Below, piece after piece: positions 62,186-64,000 of a stretch of 64,000 nt of DNA. Within the stretch, counting starts at the first letter, position 1. The number at the start of each line of letters is the position of its first letter. The position numbers and the translations under genes were made by a program. Below the pieces are notes generated by a model, which was not told the origin of the DNA, ran no database searches, and was given only the letters and a program-made list of their open reading frames with translations. Origin of the DNA: Thecamonas trahens ATCC 50062 (Eukaryota > Protista > Apusomonadida); contig NW_013657674.1 in NCBI RefSeq assembly GCF_000142905.1, forward strand, positions 528,709-592,708, read 5' to 3'.

Positions 62186-62320
62186 GGTGATCGATCGTGA
62201 TCATGATCATGATCATGATGGCCAATCGTGATCGTGCTCGATCGCAATCATAATGCTCGCCGTGATCGTGATCGTGATCGATCGTGATGGTGATCACGCA
62301 TGGTCAATCGATGGTCGATG
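62186..62320. repeat. GATC-rich degenerate hexamer repeat (GATCAT/GATCGT)
   Basis: gtgatcgatcgtgatcatgatcatgatcatgatg...gtgatcgtgatcgtgatcgatcgtgatggtgatc. Confidence 0.8.
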
Positions 62321-62810
62321 GTCTACTGGAATATAAAGGAAGATGATGGAGTGGTGTGGAGGGAGAAGAGAGAGCAGCAAGAGCTGCAGGGCAGTGGTTG
62401 GAGTGATCGAACAAGAGCGGCTCTCGTGCTGATCTTGCAGGGGCGGCAGGTAGCGTAGCTGAAGGCCGCAGAGCGAGAGGGTTAGGAGTGTGAGCAGGCA
62501 GAAACCTTTCTCCGGGCATGAACCAGCTTTGTTGCAGTTCTACAGAGTGTCGATGGCGTGAGGAAGGTCGCGATGGGTGGCAATGGGCGCGATGGTCGCT
62601 GAGCAACAGGGCACAACAAAAAGACAGATCATGTTTTTCGCGTCGGACAGAGGCATTGCGGTGACATAGTAAACATTGGGCGACGTTTTGGCGGCGATGG
62701 AAATGTCGATGGCTGCGGCCAGCGATCTTTGCAAGGGGCCGGAGCAGCCAAGGCGTGTGGTGTTCGTAGTGTGCAAAACATGGATTTACGCAGTGCTGGT
62801 GAGAGCAAAG

Positions 62811-63998
62811 CTAGTCGATGTCGATGTCGTCCCAGTCGATGTCAAGCGGGGCTGACTCGATCTTGTCGCCGGTGCCATCCCACGGCTCGACGTCCGCGAG
62901 CGAAGTAGCGGCGAGCTCAAACTCTGCGGTCGGCTCCTTGCCGCGCTGGAGACGGTCGATGAACGAAGTGAGGCCGTCAAGCGAGACTGCGCCCCGGAAG
63001 GTGGCGTAGCGCGACTTGCGGACGTTGACAGCGACGACGGCCGGGTAGCCGGCGTCCATGCGGAAGGCCTGCTCGAGAGTCGGCTGCTGGAGGGCAGACG
63101 ACCAGATCCAGCCAAAGCGCGAGGCGGCGCGCTTGGCAGAGAGGGTCTTAAAGACGTCGAGCAGGACGTTGCGGCCGTCGGCTCCGGTCTCCTCGACAGG
63201 TGGAACGACCATGACGAAGCAGAGCTTGCGATCGGTGCATTCGGAGGAGAAGACCGAGCCCGAGGTGAGCTCTGTGAGGACGGTCGGCTTGTCGACGAGG
63301 CTAAGCGCGTAGCTCTCGATGGCCGAGGCGGAGCGCTGACCCTGGTACGGCACAGGCTCGCCGTCGTCCGAGGAGCCAAAGACGACAATGGTCGGGTAGC
63401 CCTGGACGTTGTAGCGGGCGGCGAGCTGGGTGTAAACGGTGGCGTCGACGGCGCCGAGCTTGACCTTGCCATCGAGGGCAGCGGCGGCCTTTTTCCACTC
63501 GGGCTCGAGTGCCTTGCAGTGGCCGCACCATGGGGCAAAGAACTCGACCATCCACACCTCGCCCGAGTCGATGACGAGCTCGTCAAAGTTGGACTCGTCA
63601 AGGTGGACAACGGCGTCGGCCTTGCCCTTGCTCTTGCTCTTGCTCTTGCTCTTGCCCGAGCTTCCACCGCGGAGCCGCGAGCGAACGAGCTTCTTGGCGG
63701 CGTCGAGACCGGCGGCGACGATGGCATCGGCCGTCCGGCCGCCGTTGTAGTCCTCGGGCTGCGAGGTGGCCGTCGAGAAGATCTTGATGGTGGGGAAGCC
63801 CTGGATGCCGAATCGGCCAGCGAGATCGCGATGGGCATCGGCATCGAGAGCGGCGACAGTGACCACGCCCTTGAGTGCAGAGGCGGCCTTCTTCCACTCG
63901 GGCGTCAGCGACTTGCAGTGGCCGCACCACGGGGCGAAGAACTCCAGGAGGACAGGTCCGTCGGCATTGGTCACCACTGCGTCAAAGTTGGAGGGCGT
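62811..63998 (-). CDS. PDIA6: Protein disulfide isomerase A6 (P5/ERp5)-like, 5' partial
   Basis: Two EFFAPWCGHCK thioredoxin domains followed by a non-catalytic b domain and EPWDG; open to the window edge. Confidence 0.92.
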   Translation of the reverse strand, partial: TPSNFDAVVTNADGPVLLEFFAPWCGHCKSLTPEWKKAASALKGVVTVAALDADAHRDLAGRFGIQGFPTIKIFSTATSQPEDYNGGRTADAIVAAGLDAAKKLVRSRLRGGSSGKSKSKSKSKGKADAVVHLDESNFDELVIDSGEVWMVEFFAPWCGHCKALEPEWKKAAAALDGKVKLGAVDATVYTQLAARYNVQGYPTIVVFGSSDDGEPVPYQGQRSASAIESYALSLVDKPTVLTELTSGSVFSSECTDRKLCFVMVVPPVEETGADGRNVLLDVFKTLSAKRAASRFGWIWSSALQQPTLEQAFRMDAGYPAVVAVNVRKSRYATFRGAVSLDGLTSFIDRLQRGKEPTAEFELAATSLADVEPWDGTGDKIESAPLDIDWDDIDID

Positions 63999-64000
63999 GA

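Noticed and set aside
61807-62247. GP-repeat N-terminal extension of the S41-like ORF, or a telomere-like repeat
   Set aside because: The (CCCTGG)n microsatellite is open in all frames, internal and not TTAGGG; there is no independent coding evidence.

Overview
GC-rich, gene-dense, intron-poor eukaryotic DNA with three N-gaps. It comes from a flagellated unicellular eukaryote: CEP290, CFAP299, a hybrid histidine kinase and short GTACGY...AG introns are present. An apusomonad-like protist such as Thecamonas is my inference only. About 22 protein genes are supportable. Recognisable ones are LipB/LIPT2, Mss4/RABIF, CEP290, CFAP299, xylulokinase, Yip1, diacylglycerol kinase, PDIA6-like, a claudin-like protein, a RING protein and two GNATs. 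The most striking feature is a pair of ~2500-2900 aa paralogues (8644-17309 +, 27731-35298 -). They share a bacterial-type GlnD/GlnE-like (DUF294) nucleotidyltransferase, its helical substrate-binding domain, a PI4K/HipA-like atypical kinase and LRRs, with different terminal modules (a protein kinase in one; tandem repeat and WD40 in the other). Each is split by an apparent single-base frameshift, which hides the shared architecture in the ORF track. Other oddities: an inositol polyphosphate kinase-GNAT fusion, a SAM-capped hybrid histidine kinase, an ENaC/PAC-like two-TM channel candidate, a motor-dead kinesin, a bacterial-type S41 pseudopeptidase, a five-repeat protein and a TTAA-flanked piggyBac relic. 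All family calls are by motif recognition; no searches were run.
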